Assembly (NCBI GenBank): GCA_038063735.1
Contig: JBBTUN010000004.1
Location: forward strand, 12,111 to 76,110
Reading direction: 5' to 3'
DNA from: Patescibacteria group bacterium
GTDB lineage: Bacteria > Patescibacteriota > Microgenomatia > Curtissbacterales > GWA2-41-24
DNA: 64,000 nt
Shown here: positions 38,624 through 50,249 of the stretch, piece after piece
How the letters are laid out: every line of letters starts with the position of its first letter
Numbering within the stretch: the stretch's first letter is position 1
The notes under the pieces: generated by a model
Seen by the model: only the letters and a program-made list of their open reading frames with translations
What the model was told of the DNA's origin: nothing
Databases searched by the model: none
Position numbers and translations under genes: made by a program

Positions 38624-38727
38624 CTTCAAAACAATTATAATTACACACTAATAGCTGCGCCGGATGTGCAGTTTTTTATTATGCATTTGCGCGAATTAGC
38701 AGGTGCATATTTTTTTGAGGTGAAAAA

Positions 38728-39192
38728 ATGGCAGTAGAGGTTAAACACATTTGTACCATATCCAAGCACGAATTCAGGCCTAAAATCGTGCCGCCTGGCC
38801 ATCTAAGCATAAAAACATACGAAGATGAACATGGAAACGATTTGGCTGCGTTACACATTCGCTGTAAGCCTTCCGGTGTTGGTGTTGTCACTCCTTTTGA
38901 AAAATTTGGTGAAAGCAATGTCTCCGTCCATATTAAGGATTGGACAAAACCAGACGAACGTCCACTCATCCAGATCACAAGAGAACCGGTTTTAATAAGC
39001 GGCACCCAATACGTTGAGTTGGTTTCTAGAAGAACTACAAGAAGGCTAAGGGCAATGCATGTAGCCGAAAAAGAAACACCCGATAAAACAAAAGAAGCGT
39101 CAGCCGAAGAAAAAGTTGCAGAATTTGTAACAACCCCAAGAGATAGGAAAATCGCAAGTGCTACAAGTTCCCTTCGCGCAAGTTCGCACTGA
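38728..39192 (+). CDS. hypothetical protein (154 aa) with basic disordered C-terminus
   Basis: Strong RBS GAGGTGA 7 nt upstream and a rho-independent terminator downstream. A longer antisense ORF (38679-39218) overlaps it, so the strand choice rests on the RBS and terminator. Confidence 0.45.
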   Translation: MAVEVKHICTISKHEFRPKIVPPGHLSIKTYEDEHGNDLAALHIRCKPSGVGVVTPFEKFGESNVSVHIKDWTKPDERPLIQITREPVLISGTQYVELVSRRTTRRLRAMHVAEKETPDKTKEASAEEKVAEFVTTPRDRKIASATSSLRASSH

Positions 39193-39343
39193 TCCACTTT
39201 CTTACTAATTCGTCCCAATTGACTTAAACTCGGTAAAAAACTTTAATTGCTTTGCGAAGATTTTTGGCCTGCTCAATCGACTCTGCCCAGTCAAAAATCT
39301 AAATGCACTGCCCAAATACTGTATTAATTAAAAAATTAGGACG

Positions 39344-39368
39344 AACCGCATTTGGCGGTTTTTTTTAT
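39344..39368 (+). terminator. rho-independent terminator (AACCGC-attt g-GCGGTT followed by a T9 run)
   Basis: 6-bp GC-rich stem, 5-nt loop and a run of 9 T. It lies between ORF 38728-39192 and the strong RBS of the 39408 gene. Confidence 0.6.
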
Positions 39369-39407
39369 GTTGTTTTCTTAAATTCTAATAAAAAGGAGGT
39401 GACATAA

Positions 39408-39974
39408 ATGATAATTAATTCAAGAATTGCTCTTTCTCTGGCATCGATAGCCGCGGCAGGTTCATTGGTTGCAGGTGCAACCTTTGCCTTCTTTAGTGAT
39501 TCAGGAACAAGCAGCTCTAACTTGTTTAGCGCTGGCACGGTCGATCTTCTTCTCAGCGATGATGACCAAACAAATCTTGAGAATGTGACGGCAACCTTTG
39601 GTTCTGCAAATATGGCACCAGGTGATTGTACGACAGGGACTTTGAACATAAAAAACAACGGTACTATCGCAGCAAACCATGTGGATATTAGCATCACAAA
39701 TTCAAACGATGCTATGGATGATTATCTTAGAATCGACACACTTACCTATGATGCTGTTAATCAACTGCCATCACTTACAGACGGTCAGCCAAACACGCTT
39801 AAGGACTTAGATGACTTAGAAAATGATCCAGCAGCCAACCTAGCCTTAACGGATTTAGGGGTGAATCACCCGCTTGTTATGGGAGTATGTCTAGATGAAT
39901 CAGCACCAGATTCATTGCAGGGCGCAAGTAACGACATGACAATGACGGTTCTTTTAGATCAAGGACCCCATTAA
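39408..39974 (+). CDS. camelysin/TasA-family (peptidase M73-like) secreted protein with SipW-cognate signal peptide
   Basis: Strong RBS AAAGGAGGTGA. The N-terminus AGATFAFFSDSGTSSSNLFSAGTVDLLLS matches the SipW-dependent signal / TasA N-terminal consensus (G.TxAyFSDte...NtFtaGtLdL). An NMAPGD motif lies downstream. Confidence 0.65.
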   Translation: MIINSRIALSLASIAAAGSLVAGATFAFFSDSGTSSSNLFSAGTVDLLLSDDDQTNLENVTATFGSANMAPGDCTTGTLNIKNNGTIAANHVDISITNSNDAMDDYLRIDTLTYDAVNQLPSLTDGQPNTLKDLDDLENDPAANLALTDLGVNHPLVMGVCLDESAPDSLQGASNDMTMTVLLDQGPH

Positions 39975-40073
39975 CTGAATAGAGAGGACAGGCTCTTTAA
40001 AATTTAGTTTAGAAAATTTGCAGACTGGGCGGGAGGTCCTGTCCTAATTCACTCTCGCCCACCTGCTCTTATA

Positions 40074-41435
40074 ATGGAAAAAACGTTTAAGTACTTTAAC
40101 TATTTTTTTGCGCTAATTTTGATTTGCGCCGCAATATTTTTGGCGTATATTGCCGTGCCCTATTTTGGCAACAAAGCACTAATTGTCAAAACCGGTAGTA
40201 TGTCGCCAAAAATTAAAGCCGGCGATCTGGTTATCATCAACGCACAAAAAATACTGCTTACCCCTGCACCCATACCGCTTGCGACATACCACACAGGAGA
40301 CGTCATTGCATTCAAAGACCTAAATAATCCAAATGTACTCATTACTCACAGGATAATAAAAAGCGAGGTAAAAAATAGTGAAGTGTATTTCCAAACAAAG
40401 GGAGATGCCAACAACTCTCCGGATACGGCGCTTGTACCCCAGAAAAATATTATCGGGAAATCTACCTTTACAATTCCGCAATTAGGAAAACTTTTTGCAT
40501 TTGCCAAGACAAAGCAAGGGTTTGCGCTTTTGGTACTTATACCGGCAGTATTGGTAATTCTTATAGAGGTCACAACCCTTATAAAAGAATCAATAAAGAT
40601 ACAGCGTGCCAGAAGAATGCTACAGCAAGACCCTGATGAAAATGTTGAAAAAAGAGAATTACTTGGCCCCATTGGCCTGAGGATATTAATGCCCTTTGTT
40701 GTCGGTTTAATGTTTTTCCACAACACCTACGCATTTTTCTCAGATTCAGCATCTTCTATCAACAATACCTTTACAGCAGCCTCCACCTTTCCATCCCCAA
40801 GCCCAAGTGGCGAAGCAACTCCATCTGCAACCCCAGGTACATCACCTACCCCAACACCATCACCCACAAACATAGCAAATCACTTATTAATCAGCGAGGT
40901 TCAAATTACAGGCGGTCCAGAACACACGACAGAAGACTTCATTGAACTTTACAATCCGACATCGTCAAACATTAGTTTAAACGGATTTAAGCTGGTAAAC
41001 AGAACAACAGCAAGTTTAACTGATAACTCAATCAGAGTATTTACGACGCAAACTATTCCGGCTCATGGATATTTTCTATGGTGTAGTTCAACGAAAGCAA
41101 CCCTAATAACTTGCGATGATTCAACCACTGACACCCTAGCCAATGATGGAAGCGTAGCCATACGACAAGGAGAGCTGAATACTGGGACAATAATAGATGC
41201 TTTGAGTTGGGATTCTTCTGTAAGTTCACTAAAAGAAGGAACAGAATTCTTTCCTAATCCTGGTGCAAATCAGAGCTTGGAAAGAAAAGCCTTCTTGACA
41301 TCAGATGCCGCTTCTATGGCTGGAGCAGACCTCACGAAGGGAAATGGATTTGATACAGACAATAACTCAACCGACTTTATTCTCAAGATCTCATCCGAAC
41401 CACAAAATTCAACAAGTTCAACAGAAACGCCGTGA
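40074..41435 (+). CDS. in-frame fusion of a SipW-type (archaeal-like, S26B) signal peptidase to a SipW-cognate signal peptide, PT-linker and lamin-tail domain
   Basis: Residues 1-175 carry an N-terminal TM, the catalytic-Ser motif KTGSMSP, a conserved ITHRI and a C-terminal TM. This is followed by a basic loop, a hydrophobic stretch and TYAFFSDSASSINNTFTAAST (SipW-cognate motif), then a PSPSPS linker and the LTD core (LLISEVQITGGPEHTTEDFIELYNP...FKLVN). No stop codon separates the parts. Confidence 0.6.
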   Translation: MEKTFKYFNYFFALILICAAIFLAYIAVPYFGNKALIVKTGSMSPKIKAGDLVIINAQKILLTPAPIPLATYHTGDVIAFKDLNNPNVLITHRIIKSEVKNSEVYFQTKGDANNSPDTALVPQKNIIGKSTFTIPQLGKLFAFAKTKQGFALLVLIPAVLVILIEVTTLIKESIKIQRARRMLQQDPDENVEKRELLGPIGLRILMPFVVGLMFFHNTYAFFSDSASSINNTFTAASTFPSPSPSGEATPSATPGTSPTPTPSPTNIANHLLISEVQITGGPEHTTEDFIELYNPTSSNISLNGFKLVNRTTASLTDNSIRVFTTQTIPAHGYFLWCSSTKATLITCDDSTTDTLANDGSVAIRQGELNTGTIIDALSWDSSVSSLKEGTEFFPNPGANQSLERKAFLTSDAASMAGADLTKGNGFDTDNNSTDFILKISSEPQNSTSSTETP

Positions 41436-42481
41436 AACACATAAAATCTAAATTATTTAAAATACTTGCCATAAACCTCTCACTTATTTTGGCAATCAGC
41501 TTTATCGCACCAAAAGCTTTCGATTCGTCAACTGTTCTGGCAATTGGAGATCTTGCAGTCGACTGGGGCGTGCCGGAAGGCAACCCGATATTTACGATCA
41601 CTAATATGGCTCCCGGTCAAACAGAAACAAGAACGGTAAGCGTTACCAACACAGGTTCCGGTATTCGTCCGGTCGGTATCCGTGGAGTCAAAACTTCCGA
41701 AGCAGGCAACATTTCTACTGTTCTTAATATAACCATCAGCCTGGGCGCCACAGACCTTTACGGTGGTACAAGTCCAACCGGCCCCAAAACTCTAGCAAAC
41801 TTCTTCACAGAATCTGCGGGCATTAACGGCATATTTTTATCCAACATCAACTCCGGGCAAACTGTAAATTATATTGTCAAAGTAAATTTCCAAAATTCCG
41901 CAGGCAACGAATTCCAAAATTCACAAGTGATTTTTGATCTTATTATTGGCATTAGCATAGACCTGCCGCAAGAATGCGAAGCAATGCAATTTTCTGGTAG
42001 TCCAATATTTGGCACGTCACAAGGTGACAGCTTAAAGGGCACACCGAATAACGATCTAATAATTGGTTTTGAGGGTGGCGACTCAATCGACGGCAAAGGG
42101 GGAGACGATTGTATCCTTGGAGGCATTGGTGGTGACTCCTTGAAAGGTGGAGAAGGAAATGATTTTGTATTTGGCAACGAGGATCACGACAGCCTCAAAG
42201 GCGGAAGCGGGGTCGATTTATTAGTAGGCGGAGCCGGTCATGATTCTATATACGGAGAAGGCGGTAGTGATAAATTAGTTGGAGAAGACGGCGATGATTC
42301 TCTTCACGGTGGTGGCGGGGACGACGAACTACAAGGAGGGGACGGAAAAGATAGCCTCAAGGGTGGGGGACAAAACGACACATTAATTGGTGGTGCCGGC
42401 TCCTTTGATAGTGCAAACGGTGAAGGCGGTACGGACGTATGCGTTGCTGAATCCGAAAAAAACTGTGAGCTTGACCCCTAA
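41432..42481 (+). CDS. secreted TasA/camelysin-like protein with C-terminal RTX-type Ca-binding GGxGxD repeats
   Basis: Signal peptide with an AFDSST segment and an N-domain motif FTITNMAPGQTETRTVSVTNTGS resembling the camelysin/TasA core. The C-terminal roughly 130 aa hold tandem nonapeptide repeats (GGDSIDGKGGDDCILGGIGGDSLKGGEGNDFVFG...). Confidence 0.55.
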   Translation: MKHIKSKLFKILAINLSLILAISFIAPKAFDSSTVLAIGDLAVDWGVPEGNPIFTITNMAPGQTETRTVSVTNTGSGIRPVGIRGVKTSEAGNISTVLNITISLGATDLYGGTSPTGPKTLANFFTESAGINGIFLSNINSGQTVNYIVKVNFQNSAGNEFQNSQVIFDLIIGISIDLPQECEAMQFSGSPIFGTSQGDSLKGTPNNDLIIGFEGGDSIDGKGGDDCILGGIGGDSLKGGEGNDFVFGNEDHDSLKGGSGVDLLVGGAGHDSIYGEGGSDKLVGEDGDDSLHGGGGDDELQGGDGKDSLKGGGQNDTLIGGAGSFDSANGEGGTDVCVAESEKNCELDP

Positions 42482-42498
42482 AAACTACACCCGCAAAA

Positions 42499-42528
42499 AT
42501 GACACTTGTACGCTGCGTATACTATAAT
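42499..42528 (+). promoter_or_regulatory. putative promoter of the dTDP-rhamnose operon (-35 ATGACA, 18-nt spacer, -10 TATAAT)
   Basis: ATGACA at 42499-42504 and TATAAT at 42523-42528, followed by an AAGG RBS before the ATG at 42537. Confidence 0.4.
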
Positions 42529-42536
42529 TACAAGGT

Positions 42537-43289
42537 ATGAAGGGTGTTATTCTCGCCGGTGGTCTAGGTACTAGATTATATCCTCTCACGCACGCAACCA
42601 ATAAGCACTTACTCCCCGTTTTTGATCAGCCTATGATCTATTATCCAATTCAAACATTAACGCAAGCCGGAATCCAAGATATCCTAATTGTTGTTGGGGG
42701 ACCGCACGCCGGCGATTTTATTAGAGTACTTCAAAATGGCAAGGAATTTGGTATCAAGCATCTAGAGTATGCCTACCAAAATTCCGGAGACGGAGGTATT
42801 GCAGACGCTTTAAAATTGGCAGAAAGTTTTGCGGACAAAGACGCAATAGCAGTTATTTTAGGTGACAATTGCACAGACACAGATATTTCCATCGAAGTTA
42901 AAAACTTTAAAGAGGGCGCAGTAATTTTTCTCAAAGAAGTAGACGATCCTGCAAGATTTGGCATAGCACAGCTAGATAAAAACGATAACACAAAAGTAAT
43001 TGGTATAGAAGAAAAACCTCAGCAGCCCAAAAGCAATTTAGCCGTAACAGGAGTCTATATTTACGATAATAAAGTTTTTGACTACTGCAACCAAATAAAA
43101 CCGTCATCTCGTGGCCAGCTTGAGATAACCGATGTTAATAACATTTACATCCAAAAGGGAAAGCTGAGATGGGCTTCGCTTTCTGGTTTTTGGTCAGATG
43201 CCGGAACATTCGAAAGTCTTTACAGAAGCAACGTGTTCTGGGCGCGCAAAATCTTAAAAGACAAAGAAAAGGAATTAACCACTTTTTAA
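42537..43289 (+). CDS. sugar-1-phosphate nucleotidyltransferase (glucose-1-phosphate thymidylyltransferase RmlA-like, short form)
   Basis: GVILAGGLGTRLYPLT...K..LPV N-terminal nucleotidyltransferase signature. Located upstream of rfbB/C/D. Confidence 0.7.
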   Translation: MKGVILAGGLGTRLYPLTHATNKHLLPVFDQPMIYYPIQTLTQAGIQDILIVVGGPHAGDFIRVLQNGKEFGIKHLEYAYQNSGDGGIADALKLAESFADKDAIAVILGDNCTDTDISIEVKNFKEGAVIFLKEVDDPARFGIAQLDKNDNTKVIGIEEKPQQPKSNLAVTGVYIYDNKVFDYCNQIKPSSRGQLEITDVNNIYIQKGKLRWASLSGFWSDAGTFESLYRSNVFWARKILKDKEKELTTF

Positions 43290-43304
43290 CACAATTAATT
43301 AATT

Positions 43305-44318
43305 ATGACCAAAGTTTTAGTAACAGGTGGCGCCGGATTTATCGGCTCAAATTTCATCCGTTATTACATTAAAAAACATCCAAACCACGAAGTAATCAAT
43401 TTCGATAAGTTAACATACGCTGGGAATTTAGAAAACTTAAAAGATATCGATGGATTGCCAAATTATAAATTCACTAGAGGTGATATTGCCAATATTCACG
43501 ACGTCAAAGAAGCAATGCGCCAAGTAGACATTGTAGTAAATTTTGCGGCCGAATCTCATGTTGATAGATCGATTCTTGACCCGGCACCCTTTGTTATAAC
43601 AAATATTTTAGGCACTCAAGTTTTACTGGATGCGGCAAGGCACGTTGGCGTAAAAAGATTCCACCATGTCTCCACTGACGAAGTTTTTGGAGCATTAAAA
43701 TTATCTTCAAAAGAAAAATTTAAAGAAGATTCAAACTATCAACCGAACAGTCCCTACGCAGCATCAAAAGCATCATCTGACCATTTAGTTAGAGCCTACT
43801 GGGAAACATACAAGCTGCCGATAACAATAAGTAACTGTTCAAATAACTTTGGCCCATTTCAACACCCGGAAAAATTAATTTCGCTGGCAATAACTAACCT
43901 GCTGGAGGGAGAAAAGGTCCCTGTTTATGGGGATGGTCAATATGTAAGAGACTGGTTATATGTAGAAGACCATGTTGCAGCAATTGATCTAATCCTGCAA
44001 AAAGGAATAAGTGGCGAAACTTACTGCATTGGTGCAAACAATGACATACCAAATATCAAAATTATTAAAAAAATTCTTAAGATTTTAGGATTGAAAGAGG
44101 ACAGGATCGAATATGTCACTGACAGACCTGGTCATGATAGAAGGTATGCAATAAATGCTGCTAAGATTAAAAGAGAGCTCAAATGGAAGTCTCTATTTCC
44201 TTTTGACGAGGCATTAAAGCTTACCATTATGTGGTATCAAGACCATCTAGCATGGTGGAAAAGTCAAAAAGGAAAAGAATTTCAAGACTATTATCAGCTC
44301 CAGTATGTAAAAAGATGA
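43305..44318 (+). CDS. rfbB: dTDP-glucose 4,6-dehydratase
   Basis: VLVTGGAGFIGSNF Rossmann motif, a YAASK active site and the RmlB-typical length and motifs. Confidence 0.85.
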   Translation: MTKVLVTGGAGFIGSNFIRYYIKKHPNHEVINFDKLTYAGNLENLKDIDGLPNYKFTRGDIANIHDVKEAMRQVDIVVNFAAESHVDRSILDPAPFVITNILGTQVLLDAARHVGVKRFHHVSTDEVFGALKLSSKEKFKEDSNYQPNSPYAASKASSDHLVRAYWETYKLPITISNCSNNFGPFQHPEKLISLAITNLLEGEKVPVYGDGQYVRDWLYVEDHVAAIDLILQKGISGETYCIGANNDIPNIKIIKKILKILGLKEDRIEYVTDRPGHDRRYAINAAKIKRELKWKSLFPFDEALKLTIMWYQDHLAWWKSQKGKEFQDYYQLQYVKR

Positions 44319-44833
44319 ATTACAGTTATTTAAATCTAGAGTCAACTCAGGGAAAAATTGATGGAGTTATCCTGAGAAAACTTGTTGTGCACAAAGACCC
44401 AACCGGCTCACTTGTAGAAACTTTAAGAGAGGATTGGCAGGACGTTTTCAACCCGACTAGCCCATTTAAAATGCAATACATGTCCATTACACCCTCAAAA
44501 GTTGCCAGAGATGAAGATAAATGGCACGTCCACAAGCATCAAAAAGACAGGTTTATATGTGCCTCAGGTAAAATAGTTACGGCTGTTTTCGATCCTCGGG
44601 AAAACTCTCCAACCAATGGTAAGTTAAATTTATTTACAATGGGTCCAAATAATGAGGAGGAAATGTATATGATTGTAATCCCCCAAGAGACATATCATGG
44701 CTTTATGGTTGTTTCTACTGAGCCCGGTTATCTCTTAAATTTTCCGACTCAGCTATACAACTCTAGCGATGAAGGCCGAATAGAAAATAAAGGTGAGTTA
44801 AATTGGCAGAAAGTTAGGGAAGATTTTGGGTAA
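44315..44833 (+). CDS. rfbC: dTDP-4-dehydrorhamnose 3,5-epimerase-like cupin (RmlC family)
   Basis: Cupin fold with a WHVHKHQKDRFICASGK-like RmlC core. The start is an ATG overlapping the rfbB stop (ATGA). Confidence 0.55.
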   Translation: MNYSYLNLESTQGKIDGVILRKLVVHKDPTGSLVETLREDWQDVFNPTSPFKMQYMSITPSKVARDEDKWHVHKHQKDRFICASGKIVTAVFDPRENSPTNGKLNLFTMGPNNEEEMYMIVIPQETYHGFMVVSTEPGYLLNFPTQLYNSSDEGRIENKGELNWQKVREDFG

Positions 44834-45737
44834 TAGTTCAACTAAACTGGCAGTAATTGGTGCAAGCTCCATGGTAGGCTCGCGGTTTTGTGAGCAGCAG
44901 AATAAATTTCCACTTGTTAAAGCTGATTTAAATGGGGAGATTAGCGTCGACTTAACAAAACCGGATTCGCTGGAAGATTTTTTTAAGAAATATGAGTTTG
45001 GGGCGATAATTCTGTTTTCCGCATTTACAGATGTAGACGCGGCAGAAAAAGAAAGAAACAATAAAAATGGTATTGCCTGGAAAATAAACGTAAAAGGGGT
45101 TGAGGAAATTACCCGTCTTTGTAAAGAATACTCGAGAAAACTCATTTTTATTTCTACAGATTTTGTATTTGATGGCGAAAGCGGACCATACGCCGAAGAT
45201 GACGGGATTGGCAAGAATTTAGAAAAAATATCATGGTATGGAATAACAAAGATAAACGCCGAGCAAAAAATTAAAGAATTGACGACTAACTATTTAATAG
45301 TAAGGATAGCCTATCCGTACCGGTCCAGATTTCTCGAAAAAGACGATTTTGCAAAACAAATATTAAAAAAATTTAACGAAGGCACACTCTACCCCATGTT
45401 TACGGATCAAATAATTACACCCACATACATCGACGATATTGAACCGGCAATAAATTTGCTTCTTGAAAAAAACTCTCAGGGAATCTTTCATGTCGCAAGC
45501 CCCACCCCAACAACGCCATTCGCATTTGCCGAAAATCTGCTTACAAAGTTCGGTAAGGACAGTAAGCTCTTAAAAGAAGGGTCGCTCGTTGATCTTTTAA
45601 AAAACAATACTGTTACTCCAAGGCCGGTAAGCGGAGGACTACTGGTTGATAAAATATCCAACTTGGGTATAACACTTGCATCTTGGCAAGATGGGATTAC
45701 TAAAATTTTCGAAGATAGCCAAGGCCAATTGATTTGA
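44826..45737 (+). CDS. rfbD: dTDP-4-dehydrorhamnose reductase (RmlD family)
   Basis: SDR fold (VIGASSMVGS) and the STDFVFDG motif typical of RmlD. Confidence 0.7.
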   Translation: MGNSSTKLAVIGASSMVGSRFCEQQNKFPLVKADLNGEISVDLTKPDSLEDFFKKYEFGAIILFSAFTDVDAAEKERNNKNGIAWKINVKGVEEITRLCKEYSRKLIFISTDFVFDGESGPYAEDDGIGKNLEKISWYGITKINAEQKIKELTTNYLIVRIAYPYRSRFLEKDDFAKQILKKFNEGTLYPMFTDQIITPTYIDDIEPAINLLLEKNSQGIFHVASPTPTTPFAFAENLLTKFGKDSKLLKEGSLVDLLKNNTVTPRPVSGGLLVDKISNLGITLASWQDGITKIFEDSQGQLI

Positions 45738-45775
45738 AAGTATTTTTTTAGCTAAAATAAAACACCACATTTAAT

Positions 45776-47076
45776 ATGACCATAACAATAATAGGAGCAG
45801 GATATGTAGGCTTAGTAACCGCGATACTGTTTGCCGAACTTGGTAACGAGGTGTTTTGCGTTGATATTTCCAAGGAAAGGATCTCGGGACTAAAAAAGGG
45901 TGAAATACCTTTTTTTGAACCCGGACTATCCGAATACATAATTCGAAATAATAAAGAAGGACGTCTTAAATTTACGACAAGTTACAATGAATGTGTCCCA
46001 AAGTCCGATGTTGTTTTTATCTGCGTAGGTACTCCTCCCGGAAAAAATGGTGAAGCTGATTTAACCTATCTTTTCTCGGCGATAGAGGAAACTGCCAGGA
46101 ACCTAAAAGGATACACGCTCATTGTTATTAAAAGTACATTTCCGATTGGCTTTGAGAATGATTTTGAAGAGACAGTCAAAAAGCATGCAAAGGACAAATT
46201 CGAATTCGCAGCATCCCCCGAGTTTCTAAAAGAAGGCACAGCCCTAGAAGATGCATTTCATCCGGACAGAATAGTCATAGGGACAAACAGTCAAAGAGCA
46301 CAAAAATTACTGCTGGAGCTTCACGGTGCCCTGCCAGGTGAAAGAATAATTTGCGATATGCGCTCTGCACAGCTAATTAAATATGCTTCAAATTCATTTC
46401 TTGCAACTAAAATATCTTTCGCCAACGCCCTATCTGTCATTTGCGAAAAAACAGGTGCCGATGTAGAAAAGGTACTTCAGGGTGTTGGGGCAGATAAACG
46501 CATTAATCACGCCTTTTTAAAACCCGGTATTGGTTATGGCGGGTCTTGCTTGCCCAAGGACGTACTGGCATTTATCCACCAGGCAAGCACTTTCGATTAC
46601 AGTTTTGACCTTTTGAGGTCTGTCGATTCAATAAACACAACGCAAATTGATAGATTCATACAAAAAATAAGAGCGGCTCTCAGTGCCCAGGAAGATAAAA
46701 AAGCAAATCTGCAAAATTTCAAAATTGCGATTTTAGGCCTTGCGTTTAAACCAAATACCGATGACATGCGGGATGCCCCGTCAATTAAAATTATTAACGC
46801 ACTTCTTGAATTAAAAGCGGATATAGTCGTATATGATCCGCAAGCAATGGAAAATGCTAAAAAAATTATTAATAATGTCACTTTTGCAAAAAGTATGGAA
46901 GAAGCCATAACTGGTTGTGATGCCATGGTGATAGTTACCGATTGGCCGCAATTTTCCGAACTTGACCTAAGCGAAGTAAAAAAATTACTCAGGAAACCAA
47001 TAATTGTTGATGGACGAAATATTTACAGTAAATTCAAACTGGAAGAAATGGGATTTACCTATTTTAGTATTGGTAG

Positions 47077-47080
<4 letters not shown>
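45776..47080 (+). CDS. ugd: UDP-glucose 6-dehydrogenase family nucleotide-sugar dehydrogenase
   Basis: N-terminal Rossmann IIGAGYVGL, the catalytic-Cys motif GGSCLPKD and a C-terminal UDP-binding domain. Confidence 0.8.
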
Positions 47081-50230
<3,150 letters not shown>

Positions 50231-50249
50231 CCTTTTAGGCCATTTAAAA

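Noticed and set aside
38679-39218. 179-aa minus-strand ORF antisense to the 38728-39192 gene
   Set aside because: It has no RBS or promoter, whereas the plus-strand ORF has a consensus SD and an intrinsic terminator. Its openness is attributed to the locally higher GC. It is kept as a caveat in a finding rather than as a feature.
39982-40050. Long-range inverted repeat GAGGACAGG...CCTGTCCTA between the TasA-like gene and the SipW fusion gene
   Set aside because: Loop of about 45 nt with imperfect arms. It could be a structured intergenic element, but the evidence is too weak to call a terminator or attenuator.
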